From Octopus vulgaris (taxonomy: Eukaryota): 64,000 nt of DNA. Below are positions 12,299 to 24,131 of this stretch, in pieces. The DNA lies in the NCBI GenBank assembly GCA_951406725.2, contig OX597819.1, positions 5,208,001-5,272,000 on the forward strand. The letters are read 5' to 3'. The position numbers and the translations under genes were made by a program. The notes beneath the pieces were generated by a model that was not told the origin of the DNA, ran no database searches, and was given only the letters and a program-made list of their open reading frames with translations. Positions within the stretch are counted from its first letter, which is position 1. Each line of letters opens with the position of its first letter.

Positions 12299-12834
12299 TG
12301 TTGCTTACAAGGGTGGATAATACCCCTTATTGTACGTAGATAGGGTCAGGTGAATTGACTAATAAATGTTTTTACCATGGACATGACACAGTGCCATCAA
12401 GAGAATCTGAACCATTAACCTTTCAGCTGGTTATTTGATATCCTATTGTTTTGACCATCCTCATTGATTTTACCATTGAGAAATGCTGTAAAAGATGGTG
12501 TGATAGAATGTTGGCCCTTTTAAAACCTATTTTCTTCACAAGTAAATTTTGATAAATTCTTGTTTAACCTCAAGTCAACACTGATCATGAAGAAACTTAT
12601 GAACAAAAGCAGTCCAACCATGACTTTTTCATGTTTTTTTGTTTATCAGCAACTATACAGTTTAATGTTATTTTTTTTTATTTGGGGTAGGGTATGGTGG
12701 TTTGTGGAAGATTCTGATACTTCTAGAAGATCAAACAACTTCTTAATCATGCTTTTAAAGAAATGGAATAAATATGTCTAAGAGCAGTTCCTGCCACAAG
12801 TATTTCATTATGTCTTAAGGAAAAACTTTTGATA

Positions 12835-13042
12835 CTGGGTGGGCCAAAAGACACACACAAAACAAGTTCAATATGCTCTGGAATTGTCAAAGCATCCTTC
12901 AATTCTTCTAAAATTTTATAAAATAAATAAAAAAGGGATGAATACACATGTACTTTTACATGATGAACAAAATAAATAACTAATAATAATAATGTAATAT
13001 AAAATGTCAAAGGTTTTGGTGCGTGACTTTTGGCCCACCCTG
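12835..13042. mobile_element. Tc1/mariner-type MITE, 208 bp
   Basis: TA|CTGGGTGGGCCAAAAGACAC ... GTGACTTTTGGCCCACCCTG|TA: TIRs with TA target duplication. Confidence 0.8.
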
Positions 13043-13057
13043 TACTTATTATTTCAG

Positions 13058-13464
13058 TTTACTCTTTTACTTGTTTCAGTCATTTGACTGTGGCCATGCT
13101 GGAGCACCGCCTTTAGTCGAGCAAATCGACCCCGGGACTTATTCTTTGTAAGCCCAGTACTTATTCTATCGGTCTCTTTTTGCCAAACCGCTAAGTGACG
13201 GGAACGTAAACACACCAGCATCGGTAGTCAAGCAATGCAAGGGGGACAAACACAGACACACAAACATATACATACACATACATATATATATACATGTATA
13301 CGACAGGCTTCTTTCAGTTTCCATCTACCAAATCCACTCACAAGGCTTTGGTCGGCCCGAGGCTATAGCAGAAGACATTTGCCTAAGATGCCATGCAGTG
13401 GGACTGAACCCAGAACCATGTGGTTGGTAGGCAAGCTACTTACCACACAGCCACTCCTGCGCCT
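13058..13464 (-). mobile_element. SINE-A, full length
   Basis: Matches the family consensus end to end. Confidence 0.87.
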
Positions 13465-14620
13465 ATCTATTTTCATTAGATATCAGATTTTCTGTGAATC
13501 TTTACCTTTGTAAATGTCAGTATTGTACTCAAGACATTCATTTATTACTCTTTTACTGCTACTCAGTCCTGAGTATGACTTCAAACTGCATCTAGTCGTG
13601 GGGCCCTGGTTTGGCAGTTCCAGGGTTTTGGGGAGTGTGGGAGCACCTTTTAACCACTATTGCTCTCAGGTCTACTCTGGCCCAGAGTAGTAGCACCTGT
13701 TAGGGTCCCAGCTATGGAAGAAACACCAAGCACAAACCCTCACTGCCTTGAGAAAGGAAAAGGCTAGGATAGACAACCTCAACAGCAAATCCAAGAGTGG
13801 GCATCCCTCCAATGGTCTGACATCCTCTTTGATACCCTTCCAGTAACTCCAGGGTAAGTGGAGTTAGTAAGTAAGGCAATCCACCCAGAAGGCCATGTCA
13901 ATGTAAAGCCAACACCTTGCTGGTCACCACAGCTGTCTTAGTCTGCTGAGTCACTGTGGTCAGACCTCCAAGACTAAAGAGAGGGTTTAGATACATAGAC
14001 TGACTCCCACTTTTAATATACCAAATGCTGGCAGGAAGAAAAACCCTGCAGCATCGAGGATCAGTTTACATGGCCCCTTGAATGTTTGCTGCTCTCCCTC
14101 ATGGTTTTTGAGCATGGAGAAACTAGTATCACAACTCAATTTCGAATTGAAATGAAGTATCATCTTTGTGAACCTCTTGTTGCTTATCTTTTACTTGTTT
14201 CAGTCTAATGAAGACTGCAGCCATCCTGGGTCACTACTTTGAAGAGTTTGTAGTTGAATGAGTTGACCCCAGTCCTTAGTTTTTCTTTAGGCCTGGTACT
14301 TACTCTCCTGGTTACTTTTGCTGAACTGTTAGATTACGGGAACATAAACACACCAACAGCTGTTGTCAAGCAGTGGTGGTGGGGCAAACACACACACAGA
14401 GACTATAGTAGAAGACACTTGCCCATGGGACTGAACCCAGAACCATGTGGTTGGGAAGCAAACTGCTTACCACCCAGCCACGCCTGCACTTATAAATATG
14501 GAAACATTCTTTTTTTTATTTAATCATTTTCATTAGCTTTTGTTCATTCGTTGATTGCCTTATTTGAAATTTTGTCTCTGTTATAAATAAAGGATTCAGC
14601 ATTTAACTATTTAATTTCAG

Positions 14621-14745
14621 ATTGCCCAACAAATGATGATGGAGATTCATCTGCTGATGACTCATCAGATGACGACAACGATGATGAAGATGAGAAAAAC
14701 ACTTTCTTGGACAGTGCTATCAATGCAAATTACCACGATCAACAG
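14621..14745 (+). CDS. PLEKHF2: PLEKHF2-like exon (acidic poly-Asp tail)
   Basis: aatttcag acceptor, CAG|GTATTT donor, phase 1/0. YCPTNDDGDSSADDSSDDDNDDEDEKNTFLDSAINANYHDQQ fits the polyD tail typical of phafins. Confidence 0.85.
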
Positions 14746-15449
14746 GTATTTATAAGCACATCCTACAATAATATTCTTTTAAAAAAATGTTTTCTGAAAC
14801 AAAAGGTATTCATCAACTTCATCATTTAGCGTTTGCTTTCCGTGCTGGCATGGGTTGGATGGTTTGACTGAAACTGGTAAGCTGCACCTGGTTCCAGGCT
14901 GATTTGGCATGGTTTCTATGGCTGGATGCCCTTCCTAGTGCCAACCACTCCAGGAGCGTAATGGGTGCTTTTTACGTGCCACTGGCATGGGTGCGGGTTA
15001 CATGACACCAGCATCGGCCACAACTATAATTTCACTTGGCTTGACGAGTCTTCTCAAGCATGGCATATCGCCAAAGGTCTCAGTCACTTGTCACCCCCAT
15101 GAGGTCCAACGTTCGAAGGGTGCTTTTTATGTGCCACTGGCACAAGTATCTGTTACATGACACCGACATCGGTCACGACTATGATTTCACGTGGCTTGTC
15201 GGATCTTCTCAAGCAGAGCATGAAAAGGGAGCAAAGCTGGCAGAATAATTGGTATGCCAAACAGAATGTTTTGAGTTTATATGTCAGTGAGGTCAACTTT
15301 GCCTTTCATCCTTTCAGGGTCAATAAAATAAGTACTGGTTGATCCCTGGAGTCAATGTAATCAACTTAACTCCACCCCTAAAATTGGTGGCCTTGTCCCC
15401 GAATTTGAAACCATTATTAGAACATGATGACTGAATCAGTAGATCTTAG

Positions 15450-16116
15450 GAATTACAACTGTGTTTCGTGGTCTGCTACCACAACAGCTCCTTTATAGGA
15501 TCCAGTTAGCTCAAGACATCATCAGGAGGAACCATGTCCGGTTTCGGCCCCCTACTCCTCTACCGCTTTGACGTGGCGCCCCCACTTCCTTTCGGAGGTG
15601 TCTTCAGCTCTGGAGTTGGGTGCATGTCTTCTTTCTTCTGTTCCCTGGCCTTTTTGATGTATCGTCAGTGAGTGTCAGCCGGTGACTAACTGACTTGTCA
15701 AATTTTTCCCTTTAAATACCTGCTGCTAGGCTCCAGCAGGCAGCCCCAGCATGTTGTCACGTGACCCTGTCTCACCTTAACTGACCAATGAAGGCGTGTA
15801 GTCTCTGCCCGCGCATTCTCTAAATGACCACTGTCTGTCAGTCAGCTTGTCTCACCTAGTGATGTTATTTCCCGCCGGCATGTTATGACTTTCAAGCCAT
15901 TTTTGGTCTTCCCGCTTCAGCCATATAATAGAAGCTGGCTTTTCCGACAGCCTCCTGTACTCTCCTTATTAGTTTTTGCAGCTCAGAGCTAGAAAAAACA
16001 GATTTTCTTTTGAATAGCGTTCTCATTTTCCTATCAATGAAGCCTCTAACCCCCACTGCTAGATGGCAATACTCAACATTACATCCCTGTTCTCTGCATT
16101 CTTTAGTTGCGTTACT
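15450..16116 (-). mobile_element. 3' relic of a HERO-like non-LTR retrotransposon (restriction-like endonuclease type)
   Basis: Hand translation ECREQGCNVEYCHLAVGVRGFIDRKMRTLF..LQKLIRRVQEAVGKASFY(frameshift)IWLKREDQKW resembles the HERO C-terminus as I recall it (ECRxxGW..EVGCRGF..AAEKASxWLWLKR). GC-richer 3' UTR follows. Left boundary approximate. Confidence 0.68.
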
Positions 16117-16256
16117 TTACATTTTGGGCTTGATAATGTTTCACATTATTAATGTTGTTTCATGAGTTGTTGTCTAACCTCAGTCCATCCATTGCTGGAC
16201 ACCAGTACTGGTCAAGTACAGTAATCAATTTAATCAACTATTTCTGTGTGCCATGT

Positions 16257-16822
16257 GGTGAGCTGGCAGAAACGTTAGCACGCCGGGTGAAATGCTTAGC
16301 GATATTTCGTCTGCCATTACGTTGTGAGTTCAAATTCCGCTTTGCCTTTCATCCTTTCGGTGTCAATAAATTAAGTACCAGTTATGTACTGGGGTCGATG
16401 TAATCGACTTAATCTGTCTGTCCTTGTTCATCCCTCTGTATTTAGCCTCTTGTGGGTAGTAAAGAAATAGGTATTTCATCTGCTGTTACGTTCTGAGTTC
16501 AAATTCCGCTGAGGTCGACTTTGCCTTTCATATTTTCGGTGTCAATAAATTAAGTACCAGTTACGCACTGGGGTCAATGTAATCGACTTAATCCACTTGT
16601 CTGTCCTTGTTTGTCCCTCTGTATTTAGCCCCTTGTGGGTAGTAAAGAAATAGGTATTTCGTCTGCTGTTACGTTCTGAGTTCAAATTCCGCTGAGGTCG
16701 ACTTTGCCTGTCATCCTTTCAGGGTCGATAAATTAAGTACTAGTTACACACTGGGGTCGATGTCGTCGACTTAATCCATATGTCTCCTCTGTGTGTAGCC
16801 CCTTGTGGGCAGTAAAGAAATA
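16257..16822 (+). mobile_element. SINE-F, one head plus three tandem bodies of about 170-185 bp
   Basis: Unit junction AAAGAAATAG|GTATTTC at about 16471 and 16653. Confidence 0.85.
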
Positions 16823-17691
16823 AGAAGCTTGCCTCCTAACCACATGTGTAACAGAAAAAGGTCCTCATAAAAGAAACGAGGAGCAAATTTCATTTTACAA
16901 GTTGCATTGCACCCAAATTTACAAGTTTAGCTACTAATTGTTTCTTCTCTCTTTGAAGTACTTCAGATGTCTGCTAACTGCAGTTTCTATATGTAATTGC
17001 TTTTATTTAGTCACCATACTATGTTTCTTAATCAGCTATGACTGACTGGTCATCATGGCTCCTTTAGCCACTGGTGAAAGTGGTATTAAAGGTAACTAAA
17101 CTGCATTGGACTGATGATTGGCTGGATGAGCAAATTCAATCCAAATATTGGGCATCACTGGATATTCACAGCATCTTGGTGATTATCCCTTTGACAATAT
17201 AGCTGTTCCATGGTTGACTGTATTTAGTATAATCTCTCTATCTCTCTCTTTTGAGCGTTCTCCTCACTCACTAACCTTCAATAAATGGCATTTCTATAAT
17301 TCTTTCTTCTTGGTATTATATAAGGGTTAGGGTCTACATGACACTGTTATTTCATACCTTGTTTGTTTTTTTCTCGCTTGTCTTTTGCATTTTAAGTTCT
17401 ACTTATTCTATCAGTGTCTTTTGCCAAACCATAAATTATGCAGATGTAAACAAACCAACACAGGCTGTCAAGTATTGCTGGGGAAGAACTAACACATTGA
17501 CTCACACTCATATATATATACACACTCACATATATATGTATATGTACACACACACATACATAAGAGGTTTCCAAACTTTTTCCATGTACCAAATTCACTT
17601 GTTGGCCTGGGGCTATAGTAGAAGACACTCGTTCAAAGTGCTATGCAGTGGGATTGAACCCAAAACAATGTAGTTGCTTCTTGACTGTGGG

Positions 17692-18077
17692 ATTATGGAA
17701 GCACTCTGTCGGTTACGACGACGAGGGTTCTGGTTGATCCGAATCAACGGAACAGCCTGCTCGTGAAATCAACGTGTAAGTGGCTGAGCACTCCACAGAC
17801 ACGTGTACCCTTAACGTAGTTCTCGGGGATATTCAGCGTGACACAGAGAGTGACAAGGCCGGCCCTTTGAAATACAGGTACAACAGAAACAGGAAGAGTG
17901 AGAGAAAGTTGTGGTGAAAGAGTACAGCAGGGATCACCACCATCCCCTGCCAGAGCCTCGTGGAGCTTTTAGGTGTTTTCACTCAATAAACACTCACAAC
18001 GCCTGGTCTGGGAATCGAAACCGCGATCCTATGACTGCGAGTCCGCTGCCCTAACCACTGGGCCATTGCGCCTCCAC
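17692..18077 (-). mobile_element. SINE-C inserted into a degenerate SINE-A (about 17385-18106)
   Basis: Family match. TTGACTGT duplicated at 17681-17688 and 18081-18088 (probable TSD). Confidence 0.83.
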
Positions 18078-18379
18078 TTTTTGACTGTACAGCCATGCCT
18101 GTGCCTCCAATACTTTTCAGCAACAATGGCCCTTATGCAAGTGCTTTGCATTCCACGACATCTTATTCTGTTGATTCTCTCATCACAGAACATTTGTAAA
18201 CCACTTAATTTTTGTTTTTCTCCTCACCAAATATATCTGATGCCCAGCTTTCTGATATTGTTCCTTGCTTTCTTCCATTCTTTCCATGGCTGTCGCTGAG
18301 CTTTTGTAGCTCTACATGAAACAAAACCCTCCACCAGCAGAAATGATGACCCCCACCTTCCATTTGTTTCTATTTCCAG

Positions 18380-18409
18380 GTACAGTTTTATGAACAGGAA
18401 GCAATGTAA
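18380..18409 (+). CDS. PLEKHF2: Probable terminal coding exon of PLEKHF2-like gene (VQFYEQEAM*)
   Basis: Pyrimidine tract tttgtttctatttccag, phase 0, TAA at 18407-18409, then unique AT-rich sequence with AATAAA at about 18468 and 18611. Short, so less certain. Confidence 0.6.
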   Translation, partial: VQFYEQEAM

Positions 18410-20919
18410 ATGGCACCGGCACCAGTTGAATCACAATATTCATTGACTGATGATATGCAACAATAACAATAAAGTGTAACAGTTTGCTATTTTATAAATC
18501 AGAACCCAACAACCGAATTTTGTACAGTTTACTTCTGTGACATCAACTTTATCAATCAATTGGAAAGGGAGTTTCTTTAAGAAAAAAAAGAAAAAACTTT
18601 TTAAAAATGGAATAAAAATGAAAAACAAACAAAAAAGGTAACAGCAGAGATGATCTTTATATTGTTATTCTTAAAGCCCCTGTCAAACATTTCTTTGTAT
18701 ACTCTTCACAAATGAGCCAATGAGGAAACCACCATTACACAGTCACTAGCTCTGCTAGAAATAGCAGCTAAACTCCTTCCTCAAATCATACCTTAGTTTT
18801 TCAAAAAGGAAGACATTGGATAATATTCTCCTAGATATCTGAAGAAAGACTGAATGGTCAAGACCAGAACACCTTTAATCATAGGTCTGCATGATGAAAG
18901 CTGACCTGAGGCTAAATAGCAACTCTTCACAATTCTTCAGCACTAATACACAGGATCTGTTAAAATCTATTCTATCTTCCCCATCACTTGTAAACATCTG
19001 CTCTATTTGAATTAATGCTTTCAGTTAACACAAAAAAATTTGAAACATAACTTTATTCATTGAAAAAGATGTTGTTTTTTTTAAGAATAAATCTTGAAAT
19101 TTAAACCATTTATTGTTTTTATTTAAATGTTCAGATCATCATCGTCATCATCATCATCTTTTAGCATCCGCTTTCCATGCTAGCATGGGTTGGACAGTGC
19201 AACTGGGGTCTGGGAAGCCAGAAGGCTGCACAAGGCCCAGTTTGATCTGGCAGTGTTTCTACGGCTGGATGCCCTTCCTAACGCCAGATCAATATAGTTA
19301 ATAAACTATATCCTGTAACTGCAATGGCCTGCATGACGAGTTTGTCAAAAGTATTTTGATGGGCAGAAGAAATGACAGTGGACCAAGACGTCTGGTGATG
19401 CCCACATGGGCAAAACTGAGTTCTCCAAGTGTGTTCCACCTGCACGAAACAAAATTTTCACATACCCTAACCCCAACAAACCAAACTACTTCTACATCTC
19501 CTCTCCCAAAACTGTATCTCTTCCTTTCCTCACGTTTCGTCTTCATACACTATGATTATCTTTCACTCCCCATTTCTGTCCACGCTACTCTGCAGAGTGG
19601 TTGGTTTTAGGAAGGGCATCCAGCCATAAAAACCATGCCACAACAGACAGAGAAGTATGGTGCAGGCTCCTGTCAAACTATCCAACCCATGCCAGCATGG
19701 AAGGAGGATGTTAAATGATGATGATGATGATGATTACTTCCCAATCACATGATTCTGGTTTCAATCCTGCTATCTGGCACCTTAAGGCAAGAGTTTTCTA
19801 CTAAGTAATGGAATCGATCTACTACTTCTAAATATCCCCACTGGGCATTTGATGAAATCTATTTCCTCTATGTACCCAGGGTTTATTTATAAGGGAGCAA
19901 ATCATCGCCTTGTGAGTGGATTTGGTTTACAGAAACTGAGAGAAGCTCATTGTGTGTGTGTGTGTATCTGTCCCCTTGCCACCCCTTGACAACTGATGTT
20001 AGTGTATCTATGAACCCTGTCACTTAGTAGTTTGGCAAAAGAGCCTGATAAAATAAGTATAAGGCTTAACAAAATCAAGTCCTGGGGTTGATTCATTTGA
20101 CTAAAAATTCTTCAAGGTGGAGCCCCAGCATGGCCACACTCTAATGACTGAAACAAGTAAAAGATATACTTCCATTTAACTTTCTGTCACCTGACACATT
20201 GTCATCACCCTCTTTTCCAACAGGGGGAGCCATCTGTGTATCTCCTCTACAGCAAGACACCTGTTCATGAGCCTCTTCTTTAACCTCACAACACCTTGCA
20301 TAATGCCACCTCCCTTAATACTACACCCCCTCAGTTGTGGGCCTTGTCTTGTGAGTTACTAGGAGACCTCACTAGTACCAGTGCCATGTCGAAAGCAACC
20401 AGTACATTCTGTAAAGTGATTGGGGTTAGGAAGGGCATCCAGCTATTGAAACCACGCCAGAATATACTGTAGCTTGGCACTGTCCTCTGACTTGTCAGAT
20501 CCTGTTGAAATATCCAACCCATACCAGCATGGTAAATGGATGTTAGATGATGTATTCCATGCAGCTAGGTAACTGAAAATTTTGAACAGGATCACATCTT
20601 CTGAAGGAGGTCATAGACTATATGTCTTCATTTTTTGATACTTTCTAAAATGGAATTACTTGGATGCCACAGTTCTGAGTATATCAAAACAATTCTGCAT
20701 CAATTAAAGATTGTTTTAGCATCTTTTTAAGCAATTGAAAATATAGTGAGTTCATGTGATTGTATTTATTTTAGGTATTAGTAAATCCAGGTAAAGCCAG
20801 GAACTGCTGTTCTCTATATAAAATGTATTTCCCTAAAGGAGATGATTTGCCCCCTTATAAATAAACCCTGGGTACATAGAGGAAATATATTTTCATCGAA
20901 TGCCCAGTGGGGATATTTA

Positions 20920-22110
20920 GAAGTAGTAGATCGATTCCATTACTTAGGTGACCACGTCAGCAGTGGAAGATGTTCTGAGGGTGTAGCTGGTAGAATAAGA
21001 ATGGGCTGAGCAAAGTTCAGAGAGCTTCTACCTCTGTTAGTAAAAAAGGGCTTCTCTCTCAGAGTGAAAGGCAGATTGTATTAATGCCTGTGCGCATGGC
21101 AGTGAAACATAGGCTGTGACAGCAGAAGACATGTGAACACTTGAAAGAAATGAAGCTAGCATGTTCTGCTGCATGTGCAAACCAGTGTGCATGTACAACA
21201 GTGTGTCTTAAAAGAAAAATAAGAGGCATCAGATGTAGTATGCAAGAGAGAAGACTGTACTGGTAAGATCATGTGATGCATATGGATGATGACGGCTGCA
21301 CAAAGAAGTGCCAATCTCTAATGTGGAAGAAACCTGTGGAAAAAGTGGACCCAGGAAGATGTGGGGCAATCATCATCATCATTGTTCGACCGTGGTCGAG
21401 ACAATGGAATTCACTATGTTACGCCAGACTTCACGGTCCATCATGGCATTACGGAGGTCCTGTTGCTGGATGCCTGTATCCCTGGAGATTACATCAGGGT
21501 AGGAGAGTGTGCGCCCTCTGGTATTGCGAGTAGATGGCTTCCAGAGGAGAAGAGTAGAAATTACCTCTTTTTCAGCTCTACAACAATGTCCAGCAAACTG
21601 GACTCTCTTACCTTTCACAAGAGATGACACAGGTGGTAGTTTCCCATATATTTGCATTTTGGTTGGATGGCGCTTCCACGAGAGATTTTGAGCTCTCATA
21701 AGGAGGCGGGTGTAGGTTCCATCCAACCGCCTCTCAAGCTTCTTTGATAACGTCCAGGTTTCTGAGCCATATTGTAGAATTGGTTCGACTGTGGCTTTGA
21801 AGATTTCAAGTTTGAAGTCTCTACTTAGATTTGATGTGGGGCAAGGTAGAAAAGTGTGATCTTCAAATGTTGGGTCTCACAGTGTCATTGACAAATGACT
21901 GTAACTTGTAGCAAATTGTGCTTGAGAAGGCACATCAAGCTAAGTGGTGGTCATGGTCAGTGCTGGTGACACATAAAAGACACCCAGTACACTCCAGCTA
22001 TAGAAACCAAACGAAAACAGATTGGAACTTGGTGCAGCTCTCTGGCTTAACATCTGCAGTCAAACCATCTTATCCATGTCAGTATAGAAAATGGACATTA
22101 AATGATGATG
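20920..22110 (+). mobile_element. Degenerate RTE LINE 3' part, interrupted by a second LINE
   Basis: EVVDRFHYLGD..RIRMG*AKFRELLPLL..HGSET, followed by the family 3' UTR and GAT tail. Confidence 0.8.
21370..21832 (-). mobile_element. 5'-truncated LINE of a second RTE-like family with a 12-bp TSD
   Basis: Intact C-terminus ..LQYGSETWTLSKKLERRLDGTYTRLLMRAQNLSWKRH..FAGHC..DREVWR..*, (TGA)n tail, TSD GATGTGGGGCAA at 21358-21369 and 21833-21844. Confidence 0.88.
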
Positions 22111-22119
22111 ACATACTCT

Positions 22120-22512
22120 CTTTACTCTTTTACTTGTTTCAGTCATTTGACTGCGGCCATGCTGGAGCACCGCCTTTAATCGAGCAACTCGACCCCAGGA
22201 CTTATTCTTTTGTAAGCCCAGTACTTATTCTATCGGTATTTTTTGCCGAACCGCTAAGTAACGGGGACGTAAACACACCAGCATCAGTTGTCAAGCAATG
22301 CTAGGGGGACACACAAACACACACATGCACATATATATATATACATATATACGACGGGCTTCTTTCAGTTTCCGTCTACCAAATCCACTCACAAGGCTTT
22401 GGTCAGCCCGAGACTATAGTAGAAGACACTTGCCCAAGATGCCACACAGTGGGACTGAACCCGGAACCATGTGGTTGGTAAACAAGCTACTTACCACACA
22501 GCCACTCCTGCG
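22120..22512 (-). mobile_element. SINE-A, full length
   Basis: Matches consensus. Head-to-head with the next copy. Confidence 0.87.
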
Positions 22513-22752
22513 CATATATATAAATTTTTATTTTTATTCATAGCAACTCCAGTTGCTAACCATGAACTATAAAATAACTTTATTCAGCTTATCAAACTTT
22601 GATATGGGAAACATTTACAACTTTCTATGTCAATAAACCACTATTGTTCCTGAAAGTTGTTTCTTTATACCTTCTTACAGATTGCTCAAAGCTTACTTCC
22701 TACATTTGGACCCTTAGATCTTACCTTTACATGTATAATATATATATATTAT

Positions 22753-23140
22753 AGGCATAGGAGTGGCTGTGTGGTAAGTAGCTTGCTAACCAACCACATG
22801 GTTCCGGGTTCAGTCCCACTGCGTGGCATCTTGGGCAAGTGTCTTCTGCTATAGCCCCAGGCCGACCAATGCCTTGTGAGTGGATTTGGTAGATGGAAAC
22901 TGAAAGAAGCCTGTCGTATATATGTATATATATATATGTGTATGTGTGTTTGTCCCCCTAGCATTGCTTGACAACTGATGCTGGTGTGTTTACGTCCCCG
23001 TTACTTAGCGGTTCGGCAAAAGAGACCGATAGAATAAGTACTGGGCTTACAAAGAATAAGTCCCGGGGTCGATTTGCTCGACTAAAGGCGGTGCTCCAGC
23101 ATGGCCGCAGTCAAATGACTGAAACCAGTTAAAGAGTAGT
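22753..23140 (+). mobile_element. SINE-A, full length
   Basis: Matches consensus. Confidence 0.87.
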
Positions 23141-23481
23141 ATTTAAACTGGCCATATCTTACCAAAATAATTTATCTGTTTTATCTTTAAACTGGCCTCC
23201 CATTCTAAAGAAAAAAAAACAAACAATCAAATCATTGAAATCTCAAAGCTACAAAGTAATGCATGACTAATTCATATCAAATTGAATAAACAAGAATTAC
23301 ATTTGACAGAGTAATCTGAGTGATAAAGGGTTAACCTTCCTGTTTACATTCAGCCATTTCCAAGTAAGGCTCCCCATAGCCACATGTTTTTCATAGAAAT
23401 GAACATGATGATGATGTTTATTTACAACTATGTTGCCAAGACAAGGATACATACATACATATTCATATATATATATACATA

Positions 23482-23879
23482 TCTTTATATATAAAAGTGA
23501 GGTTGTGTGCTGTCTGTCTCCTACGATTTAGATTCCTAACTACTCCCACATTTTGCGGTGCAGTTTAACCAAAACAGGGTATCTTATAGTCGTGATTCAT
23601 ATCGAGCCCTTCTGGGTATTAGCGCGCGTCAACGATGAGTCTACGATTTAAAAAAAAATTCACCATCATTTTTTTCCATTTTAATGCATTTTTGGCATAT
23701 ATAAGGGAAGTAACTCTGTAAAAATTTATTATTAAATCTCAGAACGTAAAAAGTTACAGTAACCCCCCCTCCCCCTTGTGGTTAGCCATATTGATATGGC
23801 TATTATACTTTACATCTCTAAAAATGCTTATATAGTTATTTCCCTTACAAACCCGAGCAACGCCAGACGATACTGCTAG
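23482..23879 (+). mobile_element. Non-autonomous Helitron-like element, family H1
   Basis: A|TCTTTATATATAAAAG...CCCGAGCAACGCCAGACGATACTGCTAG|T: 5' TC, 3' hairpin plus CTAG, inserted between A and T. Confidence 0.8.
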
Positions 23880-23893
23880 TATATATATATATA

Positions 23894-24131
23894 TTTTGGT
23901 AAAAACGGTAAGATAACAAAAGAAAGAAAGAGACCTCAATATTATGTAAATAGAGGAAATTCTGTAAATATAATATATGACAATTATTCGGTAGCCAATA
24001 TAAAACTCTTACACAACAGCAAGAGATGGCCAGATAACTGAAGAGATGGTGGTGAGGATTTCCACCTCGGCATCCAAAACTCAGAGTTTTATCTTGGCCT
24101 ACTGAATAATTGTCACATATTATTTTACAGA
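23894..24131. mobile_element. Solo Penelope-type pLTR relic with inverted duplication and hammerhead-like motif
   Basis: 23905-23957 resembles the reverse complement of 56041-56088. Segment 23961-24009 is inverted at 24083-24131. Confidence 0.6.

Noticed and set aside
11858-12339. Recurrent ORFs such as ..RLPNPLTRLWSARGYSRRHLPK..TMWLVSKLLTTQPL as a multicopy protein family
   Set aside because: They are translations of SINE-A copies in varying frames through microsatellites, with no conserved start, stop or splice structure.
13575-14130. Possible LINE-derived UTR sequence
   Set aside because: It looks repeat-like but has no second copy or translatable motif in the window, so it cannot be classified.
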